A DNA stretch of 39,722 bases from Pseudomonadota bacterium (GCA_018061565.1 JAGOTX010000001.1:1-39722); one strand, 5' to 3'. Positions 26,897 to 36,380 are shown, counted from the stretch's first letter. Numbers and translations are program-made. The notes: a model not told the origin generated them from the sequence alone.

Positions 26897-27934
26897 ATGA
26901 CTGACATTTTAAACACAAAAGACTACATTACCTTTTTAAACGATATCAAAAAAGATATTCAAACATCCCGTGTTCGGGCTGCTTTATCTGTAAACAGAGA
27001 GCTGATCCTTCTTTATTGGCGGATTGGTACTGAAATATTAAAACGTAAAAAAGAACAAGGTTGGGGATCTGACGTTGTAAAACAACTATCTTTAGACTTA
27101 AAACACACTTTTCCTGAGATGAAAGGTTTTAGTGAAAGAAACCTTGTTTATATGCAAACATTTGCGGCAAGTTATCCTGATTTTGAATTTACGCAGCAGC
27201 TTGCTGCGCAAATACCATGGTTTCACAATTGTGTAATTTTAGATACTGTAAAAGATCAAAAAACGCGTATTTGGTATATTGAAAAAACGATTGAAAACGG
27301 TTGGTCCAGAAATGTCTTATCGATGCAAATTGAATCTTCAGCTCATCTAAGGTTGGGGAATGCACAAACAAACTTTGAGATGACTCTTCCAAAGCCAACA
27401 TCAGATTTAGCAAGGGATCTTATCAAGTCATCTTATAACTTTGAATTTTTAGGAATAGCTTCTGACGTTCATGAAAAGGTGATTGAAAAGGGACTGATCG
27501 ATAATATTCGAAATTTTCTTCTTGAGATGGGAACAGGGTTTAGCTTTATAGGAAGCCAATACAGAATAGAACTTGCAGGTGAAGACTTTGTAATTGATAT
27601 GTTGATGTATCACATTAAACTTAAATGCTACGTTGTAATTGAACTTAAGGCAGGGAAATTTAAACCTGAATATGTTGGAAAATTAGGATTCTATACAACA
27701 GCGATTGATCATGAAGTAAAAGACGATTCTGATAACCCAACAATAGGTATTCTTCTTTGCCAATCCTCCAATCAGATGATGGTTGAATATTGTTTAAAAG
27801 ATACAAGAAAACCCATTGGTGTTTCAGAATATACAACAGGGTTACCAGAAAACTACCAAAAATTATTACCAACACAAGAACAGTTTCAACATTTATTAGA
27901 AACACTTGAACCAGAAGAGGAAATAGATACATGA
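26897..27934 (+). CDS. DUF1016/YhcG-family PD-(D/E)xK nuclease-like protein
   Basis: 345 aa. NRELILLYWRIGTEIL, GWGSDVVKQLSLDL, FPEMKGFSERNLVYMQTF and WYIEKTIENGWSRNVL match the YhcG N-terminal domain. The C-terminal DMLMYHIKLKCYVVIELKAGKF fits a D...E.K nuclease core. Confidence 0.8.
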   Translation: MTDILNTKDYITFLNDIKKDIQTSRVRAALSVNRELILLYWRIGTEILKRKKEQGWGSDVVKQLSLDLKHTFPEMKGFSERNLVYMQTFAASYPDFEFTQQLAAQIPWFHNCVILDTVKDQKTRIWYIEKTIENGWSRNVLSMQIESSAHLRLGNAQTNFEMTLPKPTSDLARDLIKSSYNFEFLGIASDVHEKVIEKGLIDNIRNFLLEMGTGFSFIGSQYRIELAGEDFVIDMLMYHIKLKCYVVIELKAGKFKPEYVGKLGFYTTAIDHEVKDDSDNPTIGILLCQSSNQMMVEYCLKDTRKPIGVSEYTTGLPENYQKLLPTQEQFQHLLETLEPEEEIDT

Positions 27935-29799
27935 AATTATTTTCAGACGCATTCACCCAAGGTGGTCAAACACAACTTCATCAATTTAGGATGATTAAAC
28001 AAGTTGTTGACGCAACATTTAAAGTGAGTTTTTGGGTATTTTTGGTCTTGTTTGTTTTATTGATTTTAAAGACGCATATTTGGCAGGATTTTTGGATGCT
28101 TTTAGCTTATGGAAAGGCTTATCTTCGTGTTGAGTTTATGTCTTTTTTACCAAACGGATTTTTTGATACCAGTTATATTTATTATGACGATGGAACGGGT
28201 GATTGGTTCAGTGACCAAAACCTTCTTAATCACACAAAAATTACAAATTTTGTTTGGGTTTGCCTTTTTTCATTTTTAAAGAAGTTTTTTCAAAGTTTAA
28301 TGATAACCTTTGTTGCAATGATCGGTGTTTGTTATTTTTGGTATTCAAGGGGAAAACAAAAACAATCACTTAAAATTTTAAGTGGGTTTGAGTTGGTTGA
28401 TCCAAAGAGACTCTCTAAACTCGTTAAAAAACAAGGGGCCAGTGTTTATAAAATTGGAGAGGTTCCACTGCCTAAAGATGCTGAATTTCAACACATGATG
28501 GTAACGGGAACAACGGGTAGCGGTAAGTCCAACATGATTCACCACCTTTTAAACCAAATAAGGGAACAAGGAGATCAAGCGATTATTGTTGATACAACAG
28601 GGGGGATGGTCTCTCGTTTTTATGATGGATCAAGAGATTTGATTTTAAACCCTTTAGACGAAAGATCACAAAAGTGGAATATGTGGAAGGAATGTACAGA
28701 AAAATCTGATTTTGATGAACTGGCTGAAACGCTTTTAGAATCCAATACACCAGATCAGTTTTGGGTTGAAGCAGGACGGCAACTTTTTGCAGAAACAGCG
28801 TATTTGTTTTCTAAAGAAAACAATGGGTCTTTAAAGGCGCTTTTAAAAACGTTATTGCAAGATCCGTTGAAAAACATTCAATCCATTCTTCAAAAAACAA
28901 ACGTTGCAAGTCTTATGGATCCTTCAATTGAAAAGACAGCGCTTTCTGTTCGCGTCACTATGATGACGCATCTTCGGTCTTTTTTAAACATTGAAGATGG
29001 GGGGACCTTTTCGATTAATCAATGGATGCAAAGTCCTGAATTTCACCAGTTTTTGTTTCTGTCGTGTAAACCCGATCAACGTGAACTTTTAAAACCGCTT
29101 ATTACAGCATGGGTTGGGGTTGCCATTAAAGCGCTTATGAAACAGAGTGAAGATAATGGACGCCGTGTTTGGTTCATCATTGACGAGCTAGCATCTTTAC
29201 AGAAAATACCATCCCTGATGACAGCGCTTACTGAAATTAGAAAGTATGGAGGATGTATTGTTTTAGGTATTCAAAACTTACCTCTGATTGAAAATACGTA
29301 TGATCGAACAATGGTTAAAGCGCTTTCTGACTTAACAGGTACAAAGGTTGTTTTTAGATCACTTGATCCAGATGTCACACGCACAGTAAGTTCCTTTTTA
29401 GGGGAACAGGAAGTGATGGAAGCATCTGAAAGCGTTTCTTATGGCGCACACCAAATGCGAGACGGGGTGAATTTAGGGGCTCAAAAAACAACCAGAAAAG
29501 TTGTACCTCCTACAGAGATCATGAAACTTCAAGACCTTAATTGCTTTATAAAGCTTAAAGGTGATCTACCTGTTGCAAAATATGCATTTACGTACCTTAA
29601 GATGGAACAAAAAGCCCCATCCTTTATTCCAAAATCAAAAAATAGAGAGGATGATTTTGTATTCTCTATTCCTGTTACGAAAGAGGATCTTTTAAAAGAT
29701 ATGGATGATGCTACTGTTGTTGAAATGAAATCAAAACAACAGGAAGAAAAAGTGAGCATGGAAGAGATAGTTAAGGAATTGAAAGAATCTAATGTTTAA
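27931..29799 (+). CDS. traD: F-type coupling protein TraD (T4CP, VirD4/FtsK-like ATPase)
   Basis: 622 aa with N-terminal TM segments, Walker A GTTGSGKS and Walker B VWFIIDELASL. There is an ATGA overlap with the preceding gene. Confidence 0.9.
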   Translation: MKLFSDAFTQGGQTQLHQFRMIKQVVDATFKVSFWVFLVLFVLLILKTHIWQDFWMLLAYGKAYLRVEFMSFLPNGFFDTSYIYYDDGTGDWFSDQNLLNHTKITNFVWVCLFSFLKKFFQSLMITFVAMIGVCYFWYSRGKQKQSLKILSGFELVDPKRLSKLVKKQGASVYKIGEVPLPKDAEFQHMMVTGTTGSGKSNMIHHLLNQIREQGDQAIIVDTTGGMVSRFYDGSRDLILNPLDERSQKWNMWKECTEKSDFDELAETLLESNTPDQFWVEAGRQLFAETAYLFSKENNGSLKALLKTLLQDPLKNIQSILQKTNVASLMDPSIEKTALSVRVTMMTHLRSFLNIEDGGTFSINQWMQSPEFHQFLFLSCKPDQRELLKPLITAWVGVAIKALMKQSEDNGRRVWFIIDELASLQKIPSLMTALTEIRKYGGCIVLGIQNLPLIENTYDRTMVKALSDLTGTKVVFRSLDPDVTRTVSSFLGEQEVMEASESVSYGAHQMRDGVNLGAQKTTRKVVPPTEIMKLQDLNCFIKLKGDLPVAKYAFTYLKMEQKAPSFIPKSKNREDDFVFSIPVTKEDLLKDMDDATVVEMKSKQQEEKVSMEEIVKELKESNV

Positions 29800-30296
29800 T
29801 ATGTAGAAACACCTTTTTGAAGGAATTGTTTTATCGACATTCTTTCTTGTAGGCTAGGAATGCTTTGTGGGAAAGGGTTAAATTGAAAAAAAGTTTCATA
29901 AGAACCAAGATAAAACATAACTTCATCATTAAAATAAGCTTCTCCAGAGTCTGAAAATTTTATATGATTCATGTCTTTTCCAAATGCTCTATCAAATATA
30001 AACTCTCTCATCTTTAAGAAATCTTGCCTTTCGTGAATATATCCATTATTTATATTAGAATTATTTCTAATATTTCCTATGATAAACACTTGATCTTGTT
30101 TTAATCCCTTATACACTTTTGCAAAGTACATATTAATCTCCCTATCACCAACTTGAAAGGTTGCAGGTGTTGCGAATTGCATCGTTTGATAAGTATCAAA
30201 ATCAATAAATCGTTCAACATTATCTGAAAAACTTTCTGTAGCGTTTACACTTATGGAAAATCCGATAAAAAACATCAACAAATATTTCGTAAACAT
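29796..30296 (-). CDS. Hypothetical secreted protein
   Basis: 166 aa. The N-terminus MFTKYLLMFFIGFSISVNA is signal-like. I see no recognisable motifs. It is the last gene of the minus-strand traA_Ti transcription unit. Confidence 0.4.
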   Translation of the reverse strand: MFTKYLLMFFIGFSISVNATESFSDNVERFIDFDTYQTMQFATPATFQVGDREINMYFAKVYKGLKQDQVFIIGNIRNNSNINNGYIHERQDFLKMREFIFDRAFGKDMNHIKFSDSGEAYFNDEVMFYLGSYETFFQFNPFPQSIPSLQERMSIKQFLQKGVSTY

Positions 30297-30307
30297 ATTT
30301 TACTCTC

Positions 30308-31390
30308 CTAAAATTGAAGTAAATATTGAGTAAAAGTAGAAGGGTTAATTCCCTTTAGGCTCATACTACTATTTATGCCAAGCTCTTTGCAAGATGTTTG
30401 TATTTTTGTTTGCAATCTATTTTTGGCCTCTTCAAAAAGAGATTTAAAATCTTGATTAAGCGTTAATCCTTTTTTTTCTGTATAGTAGGGATTCATTTTT
30501 TCTAAAGATGATAGACTTCCAACAGCAAAGTGATCCTCCATTCTATCCTCTAGCCTATCTCCTCTTGTGTTATTTGTGACAGGTATCTTATCCATGAAGG
30601 TAAAATGTGGGTTATCTCTATTAACTCTATTTGTTAATATCATCAATTTTGGAGATTTATAAGTGGCTTGATCTACGGCTCTATGTTGAACGGCATATCC
30701 TCCCCCATTTCTATTAGCTATTGCAAACAGTTTATCAGATAAAAATAAACTGTATTGTTTCTCTGATATGGCAACTCTTTCTATTACCAAGATTTTATCT
30801 TTTAAGAATGAAATGATGATTTCAGAAATATTGCCTGATGAATATTTTAATTTTCCATCTTCAGCTAGAGTAGCGGTTATGTTATTGTTCCCACTGTCTT
30901 TAATTTGTTTATCATTAAAATAAGATAGCATTAATTGCAATGTCGAAAATTTAAAACAGGATAAATCTAATCTTCCTTCTTTATTTTTTTGAACATTTAT
31001 CGAAGATTCTTCATTAAACATGATGGTCATAAAACATATTCTAGATAAAATATCTATAGCTTTTGTTTTGATTTGATCATTTTTTTTTAAATCTTCTAAT
31101 AACAAAATATTAACAAATGCTGTAAAAAGGCAGTCGTTAGTCCCAAGATTGTCAGCTTCAAATGGCATGTAATCAACACAATCAGGATCCTGAATCATAC
31201 CTGATATATCATTTTTTAAATGGTCAAACAAATGAAAAATAAAAGGTTCAGCCGTAGGAGTGTATAAAGGTTGTTCAGCTTTTTTATAAACTATTGCTGC
31301 TACTGTAGGAATGGATGCACCACATAGTGAAGAAATGGAAAAAAATAGAAATAAAATACAAAGACTTTTTGATGTTTTAATTATTGACAT
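30308..31390 (-). CDS. Hypothetical protein with signal-like N-terminus; possible OTU-like cysteine protease (weak motif evidence)
   Basis: 360 aa. LGTNDCLFTAFVNILL resembles the OTU Cys loop (DGNCLFRA). KLMILTNRVNRDNPHFTFM resembles the OTU His loop (hydrophobic strand followed by HY/HF). No other support is available. Confidence 0.3.
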   Translation of the reverse strand: MSIIKTSKSLCILFLFFSISSLCGASIPTVAAIVYKKAEQPLYTPTAEPFIFHLFDHLKNDISGMIQDPDCVDYMPFEADNLGTNDCLFTAFVNILLLEDLKKNDQIKTKAIDILSRICFMTIMFNEESSINVQKNKEGRLDLSCFKFSTLQLMLSYFNDKQIKDSGNNNITATLAEDGKLKYSSGNISEIIISFLKDKILVIERVAISEKQYSLFLSDKLFAIANRNGGGYAVQHRAVDQATYKSPKLMILTNRVNRDNPHFTFMDKIPVTNNTRGDRLEDRMEDHFAVGSLSSLEKMNPYYTEKKGLTLNQDFKSLFEEAKNRLQTKIQTSCKELGINSSMSLKGINPSTFTQYLLQF

Positions 31391-31454
31391 TCTTAATATA
31401 GGATAAGAGATACTGAGTTCAGTTTATCATAGAGCTTATTGGAGTCAATTAATA

Positions 31455-34400
31455 TCATCGTTCAAACCCCCGTTCTAATTCTTTTTGCCGTTCAAAGGTT
31501 TTAGATTGTTCGATTTGTTTTTGAAGTTTGACTGTTTCTTCTACTGCTTTAAAGATTGATTTTTCAGTATTAAGATTTGAATTTTCCATTCTTGAAATAA
31601 GTGTATTTTTAAGCAGTACCTCTTTATGCCGATCATCCATTTTTGATATTTTTGGGTGATTTTCTATATAGTGATGAATATTTTTGATTTCCTCTAAGAG
31701 TTGTGTTTTTGTTGTATCATTCATTTGAGTATTTGTTAAAAGTTTAATTTGAACAAACATCTCAACATAGGCTTGATGAATATTTTGAGGTACTTCTGGA
31801 TTTTTTTGCTGAAGTGCATGAACAGCTTTAGTGTTTTCTTGGTTTTGTTGTCCCATCATTTTGTGAGCATCTTGTATAAGAATAGATTTGTCATGGCTCA
31901 TGTAATAACTGGGATTGCCCATAAATTTTTGTGTTGCATAAAAGGCTATATCATTAAGGGATTTTAACGTATCAAGAGGGGAATCTTCTTTGATGTTATA
32001 ATAATTTTTAGCGGTGTCATAAAAAGTTGACTGAATAACAGCTTCTTCTCTTAAGTGAGGAGGCTCTTCTTTTTGAACAAGTGCAAAACTCGTTCTTAAA
32101 TTTTGATACATATGATTTGTCATCTCTTTTTGGTGCAAAGAGAAGCTGGACTTAAATCCATAGAGATCGAACTTATAGAGTTCAAATTTTTGATGCGTAT
32201 CATTGATTTCTTTATCTGTAATTTCTCTGAGTGGAGAAAGGGTTATTGTTAATTCTTTTTGAACAACGTTACCTTTATCCTTTACAAGTTCTTTCTGATC
32301 TATTTTGATAGCGTTACTCATCAACTCTTCATGGGTAAAGCCTTGCGGGAGTTTATCAGCAAGGTCCCATTTGTGGGGAAGCGTTGAGGGGAGATCAACA
32401 ATAGCAAGGGATTTGATATCTTTTTCATTGAGGATAGCTGCTATTTTGGTAGCTGCTAGACTTCCTGCTTTATCGTGATCGGGCCAAATCGTAACATCTC
32501 GATCTTTTAAAGGGGACCAATCGGATTTTTGAACAGATCCACAGCCACCACTCCAGGTGATTACAGCGTGATCTTTAAAGATAAGACGTGCTGCTTCACA
32601 GGTTTTTTCACCCTCAACAATAAGGACAGGGGCATTTTGTTTTTGTTTGAGTATGTCAAGACCATAAAGGGGTCGATCATCGCCAAAGCCTTTGAATTGC
32701 CACTGTTTTTGACCTTTATTATTTTGGCAATAGGTAAGGGTTGGCGTTATTTTGTTTCCATCCTTATCTTCTAACCTTACAACATATCCAAGCGTCTTTC
32801 CTTCTGCATCTTTATATTCAAACGTTGCAACCTCATGACGACCTTTCAGCATATAACTGAGCTGTTTTTCACGTTTTAAATCAGGGTAGGGGATATTGAT
32901 TGGGAAAGTTGGAACCCACTGCTTTTCTTCTAAGTGGATCGGTTGTGTTTTTTCTTTTGATTCATAAACAGGTTTTTTGAATTCCTTACTGCCAAGGCCT
33001 AAATAATCGACTCCCCATTTAAAGGCTTCTTTTTTATCTAAATTCATTTGATCTGCAATAAATTTGACAACATTTCCACTTTCACCTGTTTCAAAGTTGG
33101 CATAAAGCCCCTGCTTTTGGCCGGCAACATGAATAGCGATGGATCCCTTTTTACCATAACGCCATTCTCTTGATGTTTGACTTGTTGGCTTTCCTAAAAA
33201 GTGGGTTGCAATATCTTTAATGTTATTGTTGAGGTCGATCACAATTTCATGAGATGTGCGTGTAAATTCGGGAATTGTTTTTGTATAAGATTTTGTCACC
33301 TCATGATGGTGTTCTTTAACATTTTGAGTATTGTCAACCGTTGACGAATTTTGTTTTTCCACATGCTTTATCAATGTCTTTTTAGAGATTAAATATTCTT
33401 TAGCCTTCTCCTTAATAAAAGGGGCATGGAGGCGGTAGTTTTCTAAAATATCTTTCGCCAAACTATTTCGTTCACCTTGCATTGTTTTAAAGGCATCAAA
33501 TTGACTTTTATGTAGATTCAAATCTTTGCCTTTTAATTCCTTCCAAAGAATCCGTGTTGCAAGTGCTGTCTCGCCATAAAGTTCAACCTGAAGCTTGGCC
33601 TTCTCTTCTAAGATTGATAGAGGGCGTTGTTTAAGTCCTGTTGTAATCTCGAGCATTTCCTTTGTAAAACCCCCTTGATTGATAAAGGTTTTGTGACTCT
33701 CAAAATCCTTTAAGATCTCCCGTCCTAACGTTATTTGTTCTAATCGAATTGCTTGATAGGCTTTGATATCAAAGTCATCTTTACTTGCTTTCATGTGCGC
33801 CAAATCAAGGCCGCAAAGCTTATAATCTTGAACCCGCTCCCACGCTTTTTCATAAGGTTTTTGGATTGTATAATCCTTTACCAAATCTTTATCCTGATAA
33901 CGAGAAAGAGCAATCTTTAAATGATTAAACGATTTAAATTGATTGGGTGAATAATATAAATGTGATTCCTCCCTGTGACGCGTCATCGCCACATAAAGTG
34001 CTTTGGCATCATGGCGTTTATGAGCTTTAACAAGTGTGATATCCACTGTTTGACCTTGTGATTTATGGGTCGTGATGGCATATCCATAATCAATGGATTG
34101 ATAGTCATTCACATTAAAATGGGCAAATGTTTGATCTTTTAATTGAACCTTTACATTTCCTTTATGATCCGCTTTTAAAAGTGTTCCGACAGATCCATTT
34201 TTAATAAAGGCACCCTCCACTTTTAGACCATACTTATTGGTGATTTTAACATCTTCTTTATCGTTCTCTAAAAAGACGATTTTTTCACCCTTAACATATG
34301 TCTTATTTTTAAAGGTTAAAATGGTTTCTTTCTCTATAAGGCTTTCTTGTTTTAAAAGGGATCTGATTTCATTATTTAAAAGCCCTGTTTCTGCATTGGT

Positions 34401-36218
34401 ATAGGCAAGGACTGCAACATCTTTACCAAGCTTTATATGATGGATATAATCCCTTGCCATATTGGTTGCTATGTTCTTTTGATCGACTTCATGGACATAA
34501 CCATTTCTGTGATAAGCTGTTAACCCTTCTTGTATATCCAACCTTGAAAATGCGAGCGATGCTTGCTTCATCCAATCAACTTTTTGACGTCTGATTTGTG
34601 AAAGTTCAAACAGATTCTCTTTCCTACTTTCCTTAATGGCCCTAAAGAAGTCTCCAGCATTAACAGCACTAAACTGATTATTATCACCCACAGCAATGAT
34701 TTTGGAGCCAGCTTCTTTGGCATGAGTCAGTAAACTTTCCCACTGTTTGATCCCAATCATCCCAGCTTCATCAACGATAATAACAGTTTTATTGTTCAAA
34801 CGATTATTCCCAAACAACACAAGGTTTTTATACCAACTAAACTGTTTTAAAACCCCCTCTTCTACCACAGAATCAAAGGATAATAACTTATTATCAGCCT
34901 CTTTTAAGACATCGAGTTTATAAAGAAGAGAATGTAATGTTGATGACCCAATCTCTGCTTCATTGCCCAAATTTTCAGATGCAACAGCCGATAAAGAACA
35001 ACCGATAACATTAAAGCCAGCCTTTTGATAACAGTCAGATACAGCTTTAAGTGTTGTTGTTTTACCAGCCCCAGCACGTCCTACCAAAACCGATAAAGCA
35101 TCGTCTTTTAAAAGGCCAAAGACAGCATGTTTTTGTTCATCAGATAAGTAGCTATACTGTTTTGCAAGAGTCTTTGCAATATCTGAACCATATATTTTTT
35201 GTTTAAAGGATGCTTGATTAAAATCCTTTAAAAGCGATAACGCTTGTTCTTCACTTTTTGCATAATTGACGGATGAATACCGTCGTAGCCCATCAATATG
35301 CTCACCAACATAAATCGATTCTTTTAAACAATTTTCAAAAACATAAGAGGTTAAATTAACATCATCGCCAACACGTTTTTGAATGGCATAAAGAAGATCC
35401 TTTTGTGAAAACGTTGCTTGTTTACTTGTTATCTCATCTAAAATAACGGTTGGTGTGATTTCTATTTTTTGCTTATTGTCTAAATAAACTTGTTCATTTT
35501 GAGAGATGATGCGGGATGATTTTCCCTCAACAACCAATTTATCAGCATACCAACCATGATGTTTTGTTGGTTTTAAATTCAAACCCAAATCCAAAAAACT
35601 TTTTTCAGAAATGCGTTCATCAAATCCATCTCGTTCCAAATAAAAGTTGGTTTTATCAGCCCATAAACTGCGTGTTATCTTCAATTCTTTTTTGAGACAA
35701 ATTTCACGATCTTTAAGCCAAGAAAACGCACCTTTTTCATCAATAGATCTTCTCGATATTAAAAAATGCGCATGCGGGTTACCTGCATTTTCATGAATGG
35801 CATAGGTACAAAAAAGTCCACGGGATACAAATCGTTCTTTTAAAAAATCTTCTATCAATTCTTTTGAGGAATCAAGTGATAGCTCTTTTGGTAAAGCTGC
35901 AATGAGTGTCATCGCTGTTTGTGCAGAATTCATATACTTTTCACGAGCGAGTTCCCCATTTGGAAAACGTTTTAGAGCATATTCATCTTCAAACGATTCT
36001 GCTTTATCCCAAATAGAAAGACTCGCTAAATGAGAGGGAGCATGTTCTGGAAGGAGAGTGGCAAAACAGGCAACATCATGTGATCTATTTTGATAATTAA
36101 CATCGATTCCTCTTCTTGATTCATGGAGTTTTTCACCTGTGATATAAGCAGTATTTTGAACAGCACTTCTGCCGGAACTTCTTGAAATAAATCCTGATGA
36201 AAGATGATATATTGCCAT
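31455..36218 (-). CDS. traA_Ti: Multidomain relaxase TraA_Ti-like: MOBQ (MobA/MobL) relaxase, RecD/TraA-type helicase, Toprim primase-like domain, plus a ~300-aa C-terminal extension
   Basis: 1587 aa. The N-terminus MAIYHLSSGFISRSSGRSAV with catalytic Tyr and the HAHFLISRR histidine motif define a MOBQ relaxase. Helicase Walker A is VGRAGAGKTT and Walker B is IIVDEAGM. Toprim motifs LIVEGEKTCEAA and WPDHDKAG lie near aa 1200-1260, preceded by a primase-like region (REWRYGKKGSIAIHV...GESGNVVKF). Confidence 0.85.
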   Translation of the reverse strand: MAIYHLSSGFISRSSGRSAVQNTAYITGEKLHESRRGIDVNYQNRSHDVACFATLLPEHAPSHLASLSIWDKAESFEDEYALKRFPNGELAREKYMNSAQTAMTLIAALPKELSLDSSKELIEDFLKERFVSRGLFCTYAIHENAGNPHAHFLISRRSIDEKGAFSWLKDREICLKKELKITRSLWADKTNFYLERDGFDERISEKSFLDLGLNLKPTKHHGWYADKLVVEGKSSRIISQNEQVYLDNKQKIEITPTVILDEITSKQATFSQKDLLYAIQKRVGDDVNLTSYVFENCLKESIYVGEHIDGLRRYSSVNYAKSEEQALSLLKDFNQASFKQKIYGSDIAKTLAKQYSYLSDEQKHAVFGLLKDDALSVLVGRAGAGKTTTLKAVSDCYQKAGFNVIGCSLSAVASENLGNEAEIGSSTLHSLLYKLDVLKEADNKLLSFDSVVEEGVLKQFSWYKNLVLFGNNRLNNKTVIIVDEAGMIGIKQWESLLTHAKEAGSKIIAVGDNNQFSAVNAGDFFRAIKESRKENLFELSQIRRQKVDWMKQASLAFSRLDIQEGLTAYHRNGYVHEVDQKNIATNMARDYIHHIKLGKDVAVLAYTNAETGLLNNEIRSLLKQESLIEKETILTFKNKTYVKGEKIVFLENDKEDVKITNKYGLKVEGAFIKNGSVGTLLKADHKGNVKVQLKDQTFAHFNVNDYQSIDYGYAITTHKSQGQTVDITLVKAHKRHDAKALYVAMTRHREESHLYYSPNQFKSFNHLKIALSRYQDKDLVKDYTIQKPYEKAWERVQDYKLCGLDLAHMKASKDDFDIKAYQAIRLEQITLGREILKDFESHKTFINQGGFTKEMLEITTGLKQRPLSILEEKAKLQVELYGETALATRILWKELKGKDLNLHKSQFDAFKTMQGERNSLAKDILENYRLHAPFIKEKAKEYLISKKTLIKHVEKQNSSTVDNTQNVKEHHHEVTKSYTKTIPEFTRTSHEIVIDLNNNIKDIATHFLGKPTSQTSREWRYGKKGSIAIHVAGQKQGLYANFETGESGNVVKFIADQMNLDKKEAFKWGVDYLGLGSKEFKKPVYESKEKTQPIHLEEKQWVPTFPINIPYPDLKREKQLSYMLKGRHEVATFEYKDAEGKTLGYVVRLEDKDGNKITPTLTYCQNNKGQKQWQFKGFGDDRPLYGLDILKQKQNAPVLIVEGEKTCEAARLIFKDHAVITWSGGCGSVQKSDWSPLKDRDVTIWPDHDKAGSLAATKIAAILNEKDIKSLAIVDLPSTLPHKWDLADKLPQGFTHEELMSNAIKIDQKELVKDKGNVVQKELTITLSPLREITDKEINDTHQKFELYKFDLYGFKSSFSLHQKEMTNHMYQNLRTSFALVQKEEPPHLREEAVIQSTFYDTAKNYYNIKEDSPLDTLKSLNDIAFYATQKFMGNPSYYMSHDKSILIQDAHKMMGQQNQENTKAVHALQQKNPEVPQNIHQAYVEMFVQIKLLTNTQMNDTTKTQLLEEIKNIHHYIENHPKISKMDDRHKEVLLKNTLISRMENSNLNTEKSIFKAVEETVKLQKQIEQSKTFERQKELERGFER

Positions 36219-36243
36219 AATTTAGATATTACCTTGTTTTTTT

Positions 36244-36283
36244 AATAAGCGCAAGTGCGCATAAGTGCGCACTTGAGCTTATT
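36244..36283. promoter_or_regulatory. Putative oriT: GC-rich imperfect palindrome with a tandem AAGTGCGCA nic-core-like motif
   Basis: AATAAGC-GC-AAGTGCGCA-TAAG-TGCGCACTT-GA-GCTTATT sits in the divergent intergenic region between traA_Ti and the accessory genes. TAAGTGCGC matches my recollection of the RSF1010/R1162 nic region GTAAGTGCGCCCT. Confidence 0.6.
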
Positions 36284-36380
36284 TGCCAAGTGACATCGGA
36301 ATCTATTTATTATATTGACACTCATATTATTTTTTAGATATATCTATACTAACAAGACTTTTTTATGTGAATTTTAAATT

